Below the pieces are notes generated by a model. The model was not told the origin of the DNA. It worked only from the letters and a program-made list of their open reading frames with translations, and did no database searches. Shown in pieces: positions 44,475 to 53,508 of a DNA stretch of 64,000 nucleotides (position 1 is the first letter of the stretch; every line of letters begins with the position of its first letter). Source of the stretch: Longimicrobiales bacterium (lineage in GTDB: Bacteria > Gemmatimonadota > Gemmatimonadetes > Longimicrobiales > RSA9). Where the stretch lies: assembly GCA_035513345.1 (NCBI GenBank), contig DATKCF010000042.1, forward strand, positions 20,257-84,256, read 5' to 3'. Position numbers and translations under genes: made by a program.

Positions 44475-45584
44475 ATGGTGAACAATGCGCTGAACGGAGC
44501 CCGTCCCGGCGGGCAGGGCAGGATCCTGCCCGGAAGCGAGCCAACACAGCGCGTGCCCGTGCTCGACCGCATCCTTGGCGTACCGCTCTTCTTCAAGCTC
44601 TTCCTTGCCAACAGCGCGATCATCATCGGCGTCACGCTCGTGGGCGCGCTGCTGTCCGGCCGATTCACGGGTGCGCAGGCCGATGCCGTCGCGCCCTTCG
44701 TGCTACTGGCCCTTGCGGGCATCGTCCTGACTCTGGCCGTGAACGCCGTGATCGTCTGGATCGCACTGACTCCGGTCCGGACGCTGGAGTCCGCGGCGGC
44801 GCGCATCAGGGCGGGCGACTACAGCGCGCGTGCGGAGAGTTCACGACTGGCAGATCGCGATCTCGAGCGGCTGACGCGCACTTTCAACGACGTAGTCGAT
44901 GCCGTGGCAGACCAGACCCGCCGCCTGCGCGAGATGGCGGCACGGGCGCAATCGGCTACGGAGGAAGAGCGTCGCCGGCTGGCCCGCGAGCTGCACGACG
45001 GCATCGCGCAGAGCCTGGCCGCGCTCAATATCAGGGTGAAACTTGCCCGCAAGACCACCGACGATCAAGTTCGTGCGTCGGATCTGGACGAGATCAGTGG
45101 CGGAATATCCGATGCGATTCTGGAGATCCGCCGGATGGCACGCGGGCTGCGCCCGCCGGCGCTCGAGCTGCTGGGACTGGCGGCATCGATCGACTCGCAC
45201 GCCCGCCCGGCCGCCGAGGCGGCCGGGCTGGAGGCGACGATCGCGACCGAGAACGTGACGGGCCTGCTGTCATCCGAGGTGGAGCTGGCCGTCTACCGGA
45301 TTCTGCAGGAAAGCCTGTCCAACGTGATCCGGCATTCCGGCGCGTCACAGGTGAGAATCGAACTCGGGAAGACCGTTGACGGCATCGAGTTGCTGATCGA
45401 GGACGATGGCATGGGGTTCGACTCGGCCGGCATGATGTCCGGCGACCGGGGTCTCGGTATTTTCGGCATGACGGAACGGGCGTCCGTGATAGGCGGTGAA
45501 CTGGTGATCACGAGCCGACCGGACGACGGGACTCGCGTCCTGCTGACCGTACCCATTCTGGAGAGTGTCCCGCATGGCGGATGA
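44475..45584 (+). CDS. Sensor histidine kinase, HisKA_3 (NarX/LiaS-like)
   Basis: ATG at 44475 follows GGGAGG. Two TM segments, HAMP-like region, H-box LARELHDGIAQSL, HATPase motifs. The upstream part of the 550-aa ORF is rejected. Confidence 0.85.
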   Translation: MVNNALNGARPGGQGRILPGSEPTQRVPVLDRILGVPLFFKLFLANSAIIIGVTLVGALLSGRFTGAQADAVAPFVLLALAGIVLTLAVNAVIVWIALTPVRTLESAAARIRAGDYSARAESSRLADRDLERLTRTFNDVVDAVADQTRRLREMAARAQSATEEERRRLARELHDGIAQSLAALNIRVKLARKTTDDQVRASDLDEISGGISDAILEIRRMARGLRPPALELLGLAASIDSHARPAAEAAGLEATIATENVTGLLSSEVELAVYRILQESLSNVIRHSGASQVRIELGKTVDGIELLIEDDGMGFDSAGMMSGDRGLGIFGMTERASVIGGELVITSRPDDGTRVLLTVPILESVPHGG

Positions 45585-46230
45585 TCTGATCAGGATCGTA
45601 CTTGCCGATGACCACCAGGTGCTTCGTGCGGGATTGAAGGCGCTGCTCGAATCCGAGCCGGACATGAAGGTTGTCGGTGAAGCCTCGACGGGCGAGGAGG
45701 CGGTCGAGAAGGCGGAGTTCCTGAAACCGACCGTACTGGTGATGGACCTGTCGATGCCGGGTATGGGTGGCCTCGAGGCGACTCGGAAGATAACCGAGGC
45801 CGGCTACACGCGGGTCCTGGTGCTCACCATGCACGCCGAGGAGGAGTACCTGCTACCGGTGCTCGAAGCCGGCGGCAGCGGGTACGTGAAAAAGACGAGC
45901 GCCGATGTCGACCTGACCGCAGCGATCCGGACCGTGGCGCGCGACGAGGTGTTTCTGTATCCGAACGCGGCTCGGCTGCTGCTCCAGGGGTTCCGCGTGC
46001 GCGGCGAAAGGAACGAGGACGATCCGATCAACAAGTTGACCGAACGCGAACGCGACGTGATGACGATGACCGCCGAAGGGTTCAGCTCCTCGGAGATCGG
46101 CGGGAAGCTGTTCATCTCACCCAAGACCGTGGATACCTACCGTTCCCGCATCATGCAGAAGCTCGAGTTGACTCACCGTTCCGAGCTGGTCCGGTTCGCG
46201 CTTCAGGCGGGATTGCTCAAGGCGAAATAG
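45574..46230 (+). CDS. NarL/LuxR-family response regulator
   Basis: Receiver (IVLADDHQ, VLVMDLSMPGMGG) plus LuxR HTH (LTERERDVMTMTAEGFSSSEIGGKLFISPKTVDTYRSRIMQKL). It overlaps the kinase stop. An alternative GTG start lies at 45565. Confidence 0.92.
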   Translation: MADDLIRIVLADDHQVLRAGLKALLESEPDMKVVGEASTGEEAVEKAEFLKPTVLVMDLSMPGMGGLEATRKITEAGYTRVLVLTMHAEEEYLLPVLEAGGSGYVKKTSADVDLTAAIRTVARDEVFLYPNAARLLLQGFRVRGERNEDDPINKLTERERDVMTMTAEGFSSSEIGGKLFISPKTVDTYRSRIMQKLELTHRSELVRFALQAGLLKAK

Positions 46231-46255
46231 GCCGGCTGGCGCAACCTGCCGGCTT
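46229..46255. terminator. Hairpin between convergent genes (candidate bidirectional terminator)
   Basis: GCCGGC-11 nt-GCCGGC followed by TTT. It lies between the RR stop (46230) and the 16-heme cytochrome stop (46322). Confidence 0.4.
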
Positions 46256-46321
46256 TCTGGTCCGCTCGTTGCCTCGCCGCCGTCCAGTTCGGCAGGCGAG
46301 CGACACCCACGCGTACCACGC

Positions 46322-47704
46322 TTAGCCGCCGGTCCCTCCCAGCGGATCGCGGATGTGGCAGGTCCGGCACACGAACGCGTTGCGCCGACTGGCCTGCTCG
46401 GCGTCGAACATCGGGCCGTGCGGGCTGACGCGGAACGCTCCAAGCTGCGAGTGGCAGCGCAGGCAATCCGGCGGACGATGACAGCTGGCGCAGGACTCCA
46501 GGCCCTGCCTCGCGGCCTGACCGTGCCGCAGCAGCCACGCAGATTCGGCATCGTGGTAGACGGCGCCGGTCACACCGGTCGGCGCCCGTCCCGCCGTGCG
46601 ATGGCACGCCTGACAGAATACTTCGGCGTCGTGGCAATTGGCGCACTCGAGGCGGCGCGCGAACGCTTCCGTCGGATGCGACTCCAGGAACTGCGGAGGG
46701 TGGAACCCGGCATTCGCGGCGGCGTCGTGGCACGCCGCGCATTCCGTCCGGCCATGGCAGGCCGAACAACTCCGAGGCGACGTTTCGGCAAGCCAGGCAT
46801 GCGACGTCCCGAAAACAGGACTCGCGTGGGATTCGGGCGCCGCTCGCCGGACCGACACGCCCTGTGCCTGTACGTGCGATGCGGCGGGTAGCGCGGCGAC
46901 CTCGACAGGCGGTGAATCGATGTGGCACGACGCACACGTGTCGCGGGTGTGACAGGACGAACACGATGCAGGTGTGGCCGCCTCGGCGCCGTGTTGCCAC
47001 AGCCATTCGCCTGTCTGGTGACTGGGCGGCGTGAAGTACGACGCGGTCCAGCGCGGCAGCTCGAGCCCTGCGCCCGCGACGGGTAGCGCCTGCACGTCTG
47101 CGAGCGTGGCCGCATTCACGTGACAGGCCGTGCACCGCTCGCGCGTATGGCAGACACCGCATTCCGCGTTGCCTTCGTGATTCGCCAGGAAGTCGGGCGC
47201 GCCATGACCCGGCGGCAGCGGCAGAGCCAGGACGCGACCGAGATCGAATCGGCTTTCCGCGAGCGGGATGTGGCACGTCGAACATTGTGCACCGCTCAGG
47301 TGCTGCGGCGACTGGTGGCCATGGCAGGACAGACACTGTTCGACGACCGCGCGGTCAACGATCGTCATCCGGTCCCGACCTGCATCGACGTGACAGCCTT
47401 CACATGAGATGGCGTCGTTCGCCGCTACGCGGTCGTGCTGCGTGTGCGAGAAATCGAGTAGTGTCGCCTGCGGCTCGGGCGCCACCCACTCCACGCGGTC
47501 CACCACGGCTCCGTCGTGGCAGCCCGCGCACGTGGTTGGCGAGGGATACCAGTCGTCCGTCGGTCCATCCATCGTGTGGCACAATGTGCAGACCGGGAAC
47601 AGTCCGGCGTGCATGTCATGCGGGAACGGCGGCTGCTGTGCGGCGGCGCCTGTCGCGATGACCGCAAGCAGCACGAATGCGGACAACGTCAGTCGCGCGA
47701 TCAC
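46322..47704 (-). CDS. 16-heme c-type cytochrome, Sec-secreted
   Basis: GTG start overlapping the upstream stop (GTGA). Signal peptide MIARLTLSAFVLLAVIATGAAAQ. 16 CXXCH motifs counted by eye in 460 aa. Confidence 0.9.
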   Translation of the reverse strand: MIARLTLSAFVLLAVIATGAAAQQPPFPHDMHAGLFPVCTLCHTMDGPTDDWYPSPTTCAGCHDGAVVDRVEWVAPEPQATLLDFSHTQHDRVAANDAISCEGCHVDAGRDRMTIVDRAVVEQCLSCHGHQSPQHLSGAQCSTCHIPLAESRFDLGRVLALPLPPGHGAPDFLANHEGNAECGVCHTRERCTACHVNAATLADVQALPVAGAGLELPRWTASYFTPPSHQTGEWLWQHGAEAATPASCSSCHTRDTCASCHIDSPPVEVAALPAASHVQAQGVSVRRAAPESHASPVFGTSHAWLAETSPRSCSACHGRTECAACHDAAANAGFHPPQFLESHPTEAFARRLECANCHDAEVFCQACHRTAGRAPTGVTGAVYHDAESAWLLRHGQAARQGLESCASCHRPPDCLRCHSQLGAFRVSPHGPMFDAEQASRRNAFVCRTCHIRDPLGGTGG

Positions 47705-49161
47705 CGCGGACCTCCGCCCTGCCGCATACCGGGATCTCTGCCAAAGCCGAGCCGCAGCGATACGAACGCTCGCCGCTGGTTCCAGTCCGCGGTGTCTTCG
47801 CGGTCGGATGTGTGGCGGTACAGGCTCAGTCCCGCGTCGATCTCGACCTGCGTGGTGATGCGTACCGTTCCGTCAATGCCGGCGCCGAGCACCGAGCCCT
47901 CGCCCACGCGGAACTCCTCGATCTGTTCGAACACGGTTACGGAAGCGCGGATCGCCGCGGGACCGGGATCCCAGCGTACCGAGACGTCGCCTCCGCCGAA
48001 CGATGCGCCGAATCCGGTCTCACGCCGGAAGGACCCGTTGAAGGTCCAATCCTTGAGCGGCTGCCACCAGCCATTCAACGAGACGCGCCGGGTATCACGC
48101 TCGAGCGTCGGGCCGATGACGTTGACGCCGGTCTCGCCGTAGCGGCGCAGTGAGCCCGCCGCCGTCAGACCCAGCCGCGCGCCGTCAGTCCACGCCACCA
48201 GCAGCTCCCCCTCGTTGTAGCCGACGGGATCGAAGAAACCCCAGATCGTCCACAGCTCGAAGTAGGGAAGATACCGACGGCCGGTGGCTTCGACCGCGAA
48301 AGCGTTGCCCACGGGCACCCGAGCGCGAACGTGTGCCTTGCCAATGCGGCCGAACGCGAAATCGTAGTCGGCCGAAGCCACTACATGGATCGGCACGATC
48401 CTTGTAATCGATACCTCCGCTGATGCGCGCTCGGACGCGAGACCCGCGCGGTTCGCGAAGATCTCGCGCTGATAGCGTCCGGCCAGATCCATACCCGGCA
48501 CCGGCGAACCGGACACGGTGCCGCCAAGGAGAATTACGGACGGGTCCGGAACGAAGTCGTCAAACGCCTGAAGCGCTTCCGACCGCGGCTCGGACAGCCC
48601 GCGCGCAAGACTGCGGCCGGCATACAGCTCGGCGGAGAGCGATCGCCCGCGCCGATACAGCACGCTCGCACCGTCGAAGCTCGAGAAGCCGAGGCCGCCC
48701 ATCGCGTACTGCCGCCCCACTCGAAAGCGGACAGGCGACCGGTCCCACTCGACGTACGCGATCATTGCATCGAACGCGTCGTCCGCCCGCGGCCAGACCG
48801 CGTCGCCGGCGTGGGCGCGCGCCCGCAGGAACGCCGTTGCGCTCAGGCCGGTCACGCCGAACCCCCACGCCGTGAGACGCACGTCCTGCGACAGCGTCGA
48901 TGCAACCTGGCGTTCCGTCGGTCGGTAAACGATGCACGGCGTGGCCGGACGGCAGGCGATCGGCCGGCCGTCGAGGCGTACCCTGCCGTCCGCGTCGATC
49001 TCCAGCCGCGACGCATCGATCGTGTCGGCCTGGAGCGGACGGAACTCGATCAGGCGGCTTGTAGTCGAAGCGGTCCCGCGAACACCCTGCGCCGTCACGA
49101 ACGCGGGCAGGGCCGCGCCGAGACAGAGCATCGCCAGCGCCAGACCACAGGAGCGGGTCAT
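47701..49161 (-). CDS. Outer-membrane beta-barrel candidate (porin partner of the flanking cytochromes)
   Basis: Signal peptide MTRSCGLALAMLCLGAALPAFVTAQG. 486 aa with no CXXCH. Gly/Arg/aromatic-rich alternating strand-like patterns (VRLTAWGFGVTGLSATAFLRA, SAELYAGRS, AFVSLRLGFG). It is embedded between two multiheme cytochrome genes by ATGA/GTGA overlaps. Confidence 0.68.
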   Translation of the reverse strand: MTRSCGLALAMLCLGAALPAFVTAQGVRGTASTTSRLIEFRPLQADTIDASRLEIDADGRVRLDGRPIACRPATPCIVYRPTERQVASTLSQDVRLTAWGFGVTGLSATAFLRARAHAGDAVWPRADDAFDAMIAYVEWDRSPVRFRVGRQYAMGGLGFSSFDGASVLYRRGRSLSAELYAGRSLARGLSEPRSEALQAFDDFVPDPSVILLGGTVSGSPVPGMDLAGRYQREIFANRAGLASERASAEVSITRIVPIHVVASADYDFAFGRIGKAHVRARVPVGNAFAVEATGRRYLPYFELWTIWGFFDPVGYNEGELLVAWTDGARLGLTAAGSLRRYGETGVNVIGPTLERDTRRVSLNGWWQPLKDWTFNGSFRRETGFGASFGGGDVSVRWDPGPAAIRASVTVFEQIEEFRVGEGSVLGAGIDGTVRITTQVEIDAGLSLYRHTSDREDTADWNQRRAFVSLRLGFGRDPGMRQGGGPR

Positions 49162-51167
49162 TGGCGCCCCCGCGGAATCGTTCGCGCACCCACGATCCGC
49201 CGCATCGCTTCATCGGGCGGGATCAGGAGGTGACACGTCGAGCACTCGCCGGCCGGCCTGTGATCTGCCATCGTCGTGTGGCACTGAAGACAGAACCGGC
49301 GGTCTGCGTTCTCCATTATGCTCAGCGTGGCGGGCGCATGGCACGCGCCGCACAGCAGGTGGTCCGTGCGCTCGTGCAACGCCATCAGGCCGGAACCGTG
49401 ACACGCGTTGCACGTCGCCGGCGAGCGGGGTCCCGTGTGATGCGACTCGTGGCATTCGTTGCACGTGATCGTGTTCTGCGCAACGCCGCTCTGATGGCAG
49501 TCGGCGCACTCGACGGTCGCGTGCGCGTCGTGTGAGAAAGCGACCTCCCGCCTGCGCTCCAGACCGTCGCGCTGAACGTGGACCGTCAGATCCGCCTGGA
49601 CCCGCAACGCATCGACGTCCGATCGCGCGTGACACGCCGTGCAGTCGCCGGCGTTCTCGATGTGGTGGCAGCTCGCGCAATCGGCCTGCATGATCAGCGT
49701 TCTGCCATGCGCCGGATCGAATGTCGCGCCATCCGCCTCGAACAGTTCGGCCTGACCGTGGCAACGGCTGCATTGAAGCGAGCCCGCGAGCACGTGGGCC
49801 TTGTGCGAGAACGTGACGTCGTAGACCGGATTTTCGATGGTCTGCACGCCATAGTGGCACCGAACGCACGTGACTACCTCCGGGTCCGGTCCGAGCGCCG
49901 GCACGGTGGGCACGACTTCACCGACATGTCGGTACGACCGTGCGGCGGACGCGAGCGCCGCGCGCAACAGACCGTCCGCGGCGGGCAGATTGTGCACGCC
50001 ATCGCCATCCGAAACGTGCTGCCAGACCGACACCGCATCTCGTGCGATCGAGTCGGCTGTCGCGTTGCCACGGACCTGCGCGTTCGACGACGCCGTGCGC
50101 ACGTAGCTTCCGACCAGCGCGGTGTTTCGCCGGATGCCGCCGATCCATGGATCGAGCAGCGAACCGAAACGCGCGCCGTGACACGCGTCGCATTCCTGCC
50201 TGATCAGTTCGAATCGCTCAGCGGATCCGGCCGGCTGCGCCGTCGATGCGGCCACGTGACAGGTCGTGCACGCGACACGCTCGATGAACTTGAGCGCGGG
50301 ATCCACCGCCGGGTGGTGCGGATCGAGACCCGCATACAGCTCCTGAACGGCACGATGAGCCGTCGAATCGACCGGCGTATTCAGCGCAGGATCGCCAGCA
50401 TCGTGGCACGACTGGCACTCGAGCCGGAGAGAGGACGCCAGACGGATGACCTGGTGCTCGACCGGCGTGTGACAGCGCGTGCACGACATGACGATCGCCG
50501 TGTCCATGTGCATCCCGTGTACTGTCGCGGCGTCCATGGCCTCGCCGCCACGCAGCGGGATCGCTCCGCCCGGCACGCCATGACACGTTCTGCACGTCGC
50601 CGCCGGCGAGGCGCCAGAGCCCGTCGCCACATCGTAGTGACACAACAGGCAGGAGATGCCCCGGTCGAGAACCGCTGCATGATCGATCGGCGCACCGCTC
50701 GTCGCGAACGCCGTGTGCCCGGGCTGGACGTGGCAGGCCGTACACGCGGACGCCGCGATCGTCGCCTGCGCCTCGCTGCCAGCCGGCGGGAGGTCCGCGT
50801 GGCAGAGGAAACAGCCGCCCGTCGTGATCGTCAGATCGACGTCGCCACTGTCGTGCGTGTGGCAGGCTTCACAGCCGAGCCGATCCGTTCCGGCCAGGCC
50901 CGCGTGCTCGAAGTGTGTCATGCTGACATTGTGGATCTCCACCGCGTCAGCAAGATCAACAGCGGCATGACAGTTCGTGCACGAGCCAGGCGTGACCGCC
51001 GTAACGAATCCCTCCGTCCCGGGCGCGGTGTGGCACTCCGCGCACCCAAGGTCCGAATGCGGGCCCGCTTCCACCACAGTGCCGGAGTCGGAACCGCCAC
51101 AACCGGCCGCGAGCCACAGCACCGTACATGCTCCGGAGCAAAATCGCGTGGCCGCCGCCCACGTCAT
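49158..51167 (-). CDS. 21-heme c-type cytochrome lipoprotein
   Basis: Lipobox LWLAAGC. 21 CXXCH motifs counted by eye in 669 aa: 11 before and 10 after a ~110-aa heme-free segment. ATGA overlaps at both ends. Confidence 0.9.
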   Translation of the reverse strand: MTWAAATRFCSGACTVLWLAAGCGGSDSGTVVEAGPHSDLGCAECHTAPGTEGFVTAVTPGSCTNCHAAVDLADAVEIHNVSMTHFEHAGLAGTDRLGCEACHTHDSGDVDLTITTGGCFLCHADLPPAGSEAQATIAASACTACHVQPGHTAFATSGAPIDHAAVLDRGISCLLCHYDVATGSGASPAATCRTCHGVPGGAIPLRGGEAMDAATVHGMHMDTAIVMSCTRCHTPVEHQVIRLASSLRLECQSCHDAGDPALNTPVDSTAHRAVQELYAGLDPHHPAVDPALKFIERVACTTCHVAASTAQPAGSAERFELIRQECDACHGARFGSLLDPWIGGIRRNTALVGSYVRTASSNAQVRGNATADSIARDAVSVWQHVSDGDGVHNLPAADGLLRAALASAARSYRHVGEVVPTVPALGPDPEVVTCVRCHYGVQTIENPVYDVTFSHKAHVLAGSLQCSRCHGQAELFEADGATFDPAHGRTLIMQADCASCHHIENAGDCTACHARSDVDALRVQADLTVHVQRDGLERRREVAFSHDAHATVECADCHQSGVAQNTITCNECHESHHTGPRSPATCNACHGSGLMALHERTDHLLCGACHAPATLSIMENADRRFCLQCHTTMADHRPAGECSTCHLLIPPDEAMRRIVGARTIPRGRQ

Positions 51168-52027
51168 TTGAAGGTGGCCCAGATGACCAGTCCGGCTAGC
51201 GTGAGGCCGATGAGAATCGCGCCCGCACCGAATATGGCGGCGGCGATGTACAGCCCTCGTGGCGGCGGCGGCGCCACTCGCCGTTCGAGAAGCCTGTCCC
51301 TCTCCAGCCGCTCCAGTTCGAGTGGGTGCTCGTCCTCCATGTATTCGGTAGTAGCACGACCCGTGAAGATGACGAGGTCGAGCGGGAACTTCTCCGGCCT
51401 GAGCTGCCCGTTGAAGAAGTGGATCGTGAAAATGAATACGAGCGCGAGAAGCGCCTCATCGCCGTGAACGATCGTCGCGACATTGAAGGCCCAGCCCGGC
51501 AGCCAGCGCGCGAAGAACTCGGGGAACCAAAGCAGCAGCCCCGAGCCGCCGATTACGGCTATGCCCCAGAAGACCGCCCAGTAGTCGAATTTCTCGAGGT
51601 AACTGAATCGGTCGAACTGCGGCCGCGGTCCAAGACCAACGAACCACTTCAGCATCTGAATCAGGTCCTGCAGATCCTTCGGCTGTGGAACCATCGAATC
51701 CGGGCCCCAGAGCATCCGTTTCCGATCGGGCCCCAGCACGAGCTTCCTCAGAATCGAACCGACGTGCGTCACGAAATATGCGAATGTGATGACCGCGCAG
51801 ATACGATGGATGACGCCCGCCACTTCGACGCCACCATGAAGCCTGATGATGAAATGCGCCCATGGCTCGTGTGAGAAGTGCAACGGAATGCCCGTTATGA
51901 CCAGGCCAAAGAATGATACGATCACCATCAGGTGGAGCACGCGTTCGAGCGGCGAAAAACGCCACAGGTACGGGCCTTTCCCACGATCCGACGAGGCCAC
52001 GGCGCGAACCGGTGTGTGCGTGCTCAT
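51164..52027 (-). CDS. Membrane b-type cytochrome subunit (FdnI/HydC/PhsC-like, Ni_hydr_CYTB-type)
   Basis: 287 aa with 4-5 TM helices. Conserved His residues lie in helices ([12 protein letters not shown]..., [40 protein letters not shown]). It is translationally coupled to the 11-heme cytochrome. Confidence 0.78.
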   Translation of the reverse strand: MSTHTPVRAVASSDRGKGPYLWRFSPLERVLHLMVIVSFFGLVITGIPLHFSHEPWAHFIIRLHGGVEVAGVIHRICAVITFAYFVTHVGSILRKLVLGPDRKRMLWGPDSMVPQPKDLQDLIQMLKWFVGLGPRPQFDRFSYLEKFDYWAVFWGIAVIGGSGLLLWFPEFFARWLPGWAFNVATIVHGDEALLALVFIFTIHFFNGQLRPEKFPLDLVIFTGRATTEYMEDEHPLELERLERDRLLERRVAPPPPRGLYIAAAIFGAGAILIGLTLAGLVIWATFK

Positions 52028-53508
52028 TCGCGCACCGTCCCGTTGCCATCCCGGTCAGCGCGATCGCCCGGCGTATCGTCGACCGGCCCGTTCGTATCAG
52101 GCTGAGCCTCGCCATCGGCGCCGGCCCCGGTCCGCGGAATTGCTCCGGTCCCGGCCACGGCTCCAGCATCAGCCCGGGCCCCGGCCGCAGCTCCCGCCGT
52201 ACCCCGGGCCGTAGCAGCCCCCGCCTTGCTCCCGGCCGCGAATCCCCCGCCGCCACCGCGTACTCCTTCGATGGTCCCCCGGATCAGCCAGAGGAGCGTG
52301 TGTGCGCCGAAGAAGAGGAACACGCCCACGAGCAGCGACGTCATCGCGAGCCACGTCCAGTAGAGCTGCGGGTAGCGTTCGCGATCCCTGTGGTCACCGT
52401 GCGGCAGGTATGCGACGAAGTTGGCGCTCGCCTCGCCGTGGCACGCCGCGCAGGTCTCGACGCGGTTCACCATGTTCACGGAGGATGACGGGTCGTCCGC
52501 GGGCAGGTTCAGATGCGCCGTGTGGCAGTCGCTGCAACGTGCGGCGATCGCCGAGCCGAGACGCGTTACCTTGCCGTGGTACGTGTGGAAGTATGTTTCG
52601 TACACGCGCTCGTGGCATGCGCCGCACTCCTCGATGACGCCGGCTTTCCACGGCTCGTCCGGTGGCGCGACGCCGTGCGCCGAATGGCACGTGTTGCAGA
52701 CCGGCGCCTCGTGCCCGTCCTCATCAGTCTCGCCAAGCGCGAAGGCCTGGCCGTGAGCGCTGCTGAGGAACTGCTCGAGAACACCCTCATGGCAGGCGCC
52801 GCACGTGCGCGGGACACTGTCACGCGCGATCGATGACAGCATGGAATCGGACGGCAGAACGCGGTGTGGCCGATGACAGTCGCTGCAAGTCGCCGACACG
52901 ATCAGGCCGGCCTGCGAGATCGCCAACCCGTGTACGGTCTTGTGATAGAGCGACACCGCCGATCGCGCAACCGAGTCCGCCGGATCGGCGAAGTAGGCAG
53001 CCAGAATGTCCGGGTCGCTGTGGCATTCACCGCACATGGCCGCTTCGTTCAGCGGATGCGTCGGCGATGCGCGGTCCAGCGGGCCCAGCACGCGGTGGAC
53101 ACCGTGGCACCGAATGCAGCCGGGCGACTCGCCGAGTGGCGCCGCATCGCCCAGGGAATGCACGGACGCCAGCCAGTCCTGCTGCTCCGGTTCGTGGCAC
53201 GACGCACAGGTCGCGGTGCTGGCGCTCGGCTGGTGCGGGTACGCGTCGTCATAGCCGCTGTGGCAACTGGCGCACACGAGCGTGTCATGGCTGGTGCCGT
53301 GCAGGATCGAATCGGGGACGAACATGCGCTCGTCGCCCGCGCGGTCCGTGGCCCGGCCGGCCAGGAACTCGCGATCGCCGTGGCAACGGCCGCACTGGAC
53401 AGCACCCTGAGCGGTCACCGCACTGGACGGTGCGAACATCTGCGGTGCTGCCGCGCCCAGCAGGATGAGCAGGAACGCTGTCGGGTGAAGCCGCCGCGAT
53501 CCGCTCAC
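52024..53508 (-). CDS. 11-heme c-type cytochrome with C-terminal TM anchor and Gly/Ala-rich tail
   Basis: GTG start (GTGA overlap). Signal peptide. 11 CXXCH motifs counted by eye, then the TM helix LYWTWLAMTSLLVGVFLFFGAHTLLWLI and a roughly 80-aa low-complexity tail. Confidence 0.9.
   Translation of the reverse strand: MSGSRRLHPTAFLLILLGAAAPQMFAPSSAVTAQGAVQCGRCHGDREFLAGRATDRAGDERMFVPDSILHGTSHDTLVCASCHSGYDDAYPHQPSASTATCASCHEPEQQDWLASVHSLGDAAPLGESPGCIRCHGVHRVLGPLDRASPTHPLNEAAMCGECHSDPDILAAYFADPADSVARSAVSLYHKTVHGLAISQAGLIVSATCSDCHRPHRVLPSDSMLSSIARDSVPRTCGACHEGVLEQFLSSAHGQAFALGETDEDGHEAPVCNTCHSAHGVAPPDEPWKAGVIEECGACHERVYETYFHTYHGKVTRLGSAIAARCSDCHTAHLNLPADDPSSSVNMVNRVETCAACHGEASANFVAYLPHGDHRDRERYPQLYWTWLAMTSLLVGVFLFFGAHTLLWLIRGTIEGVRGGGGGFAAGSKAGAATARGTAGAAAGARADAGAVAGTGAIPRTGAGADGEAQPDTNGPVDDTPGDRADRDGNGTVRE

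Noticed and set aside
49578-51467. 629-aa plus-strand ORF (and similarly 53625-55229, 534 aa) across the cytochrome genes
   Set aside because: These are antisense shadows of the multiheme genes. They contain no CXXCH motifs, are extremely Arg-rich, and have no RBS-like sequence or sensible boundaries. The minus-strand frames carry 8-21 heme motifs plus signal peptides.
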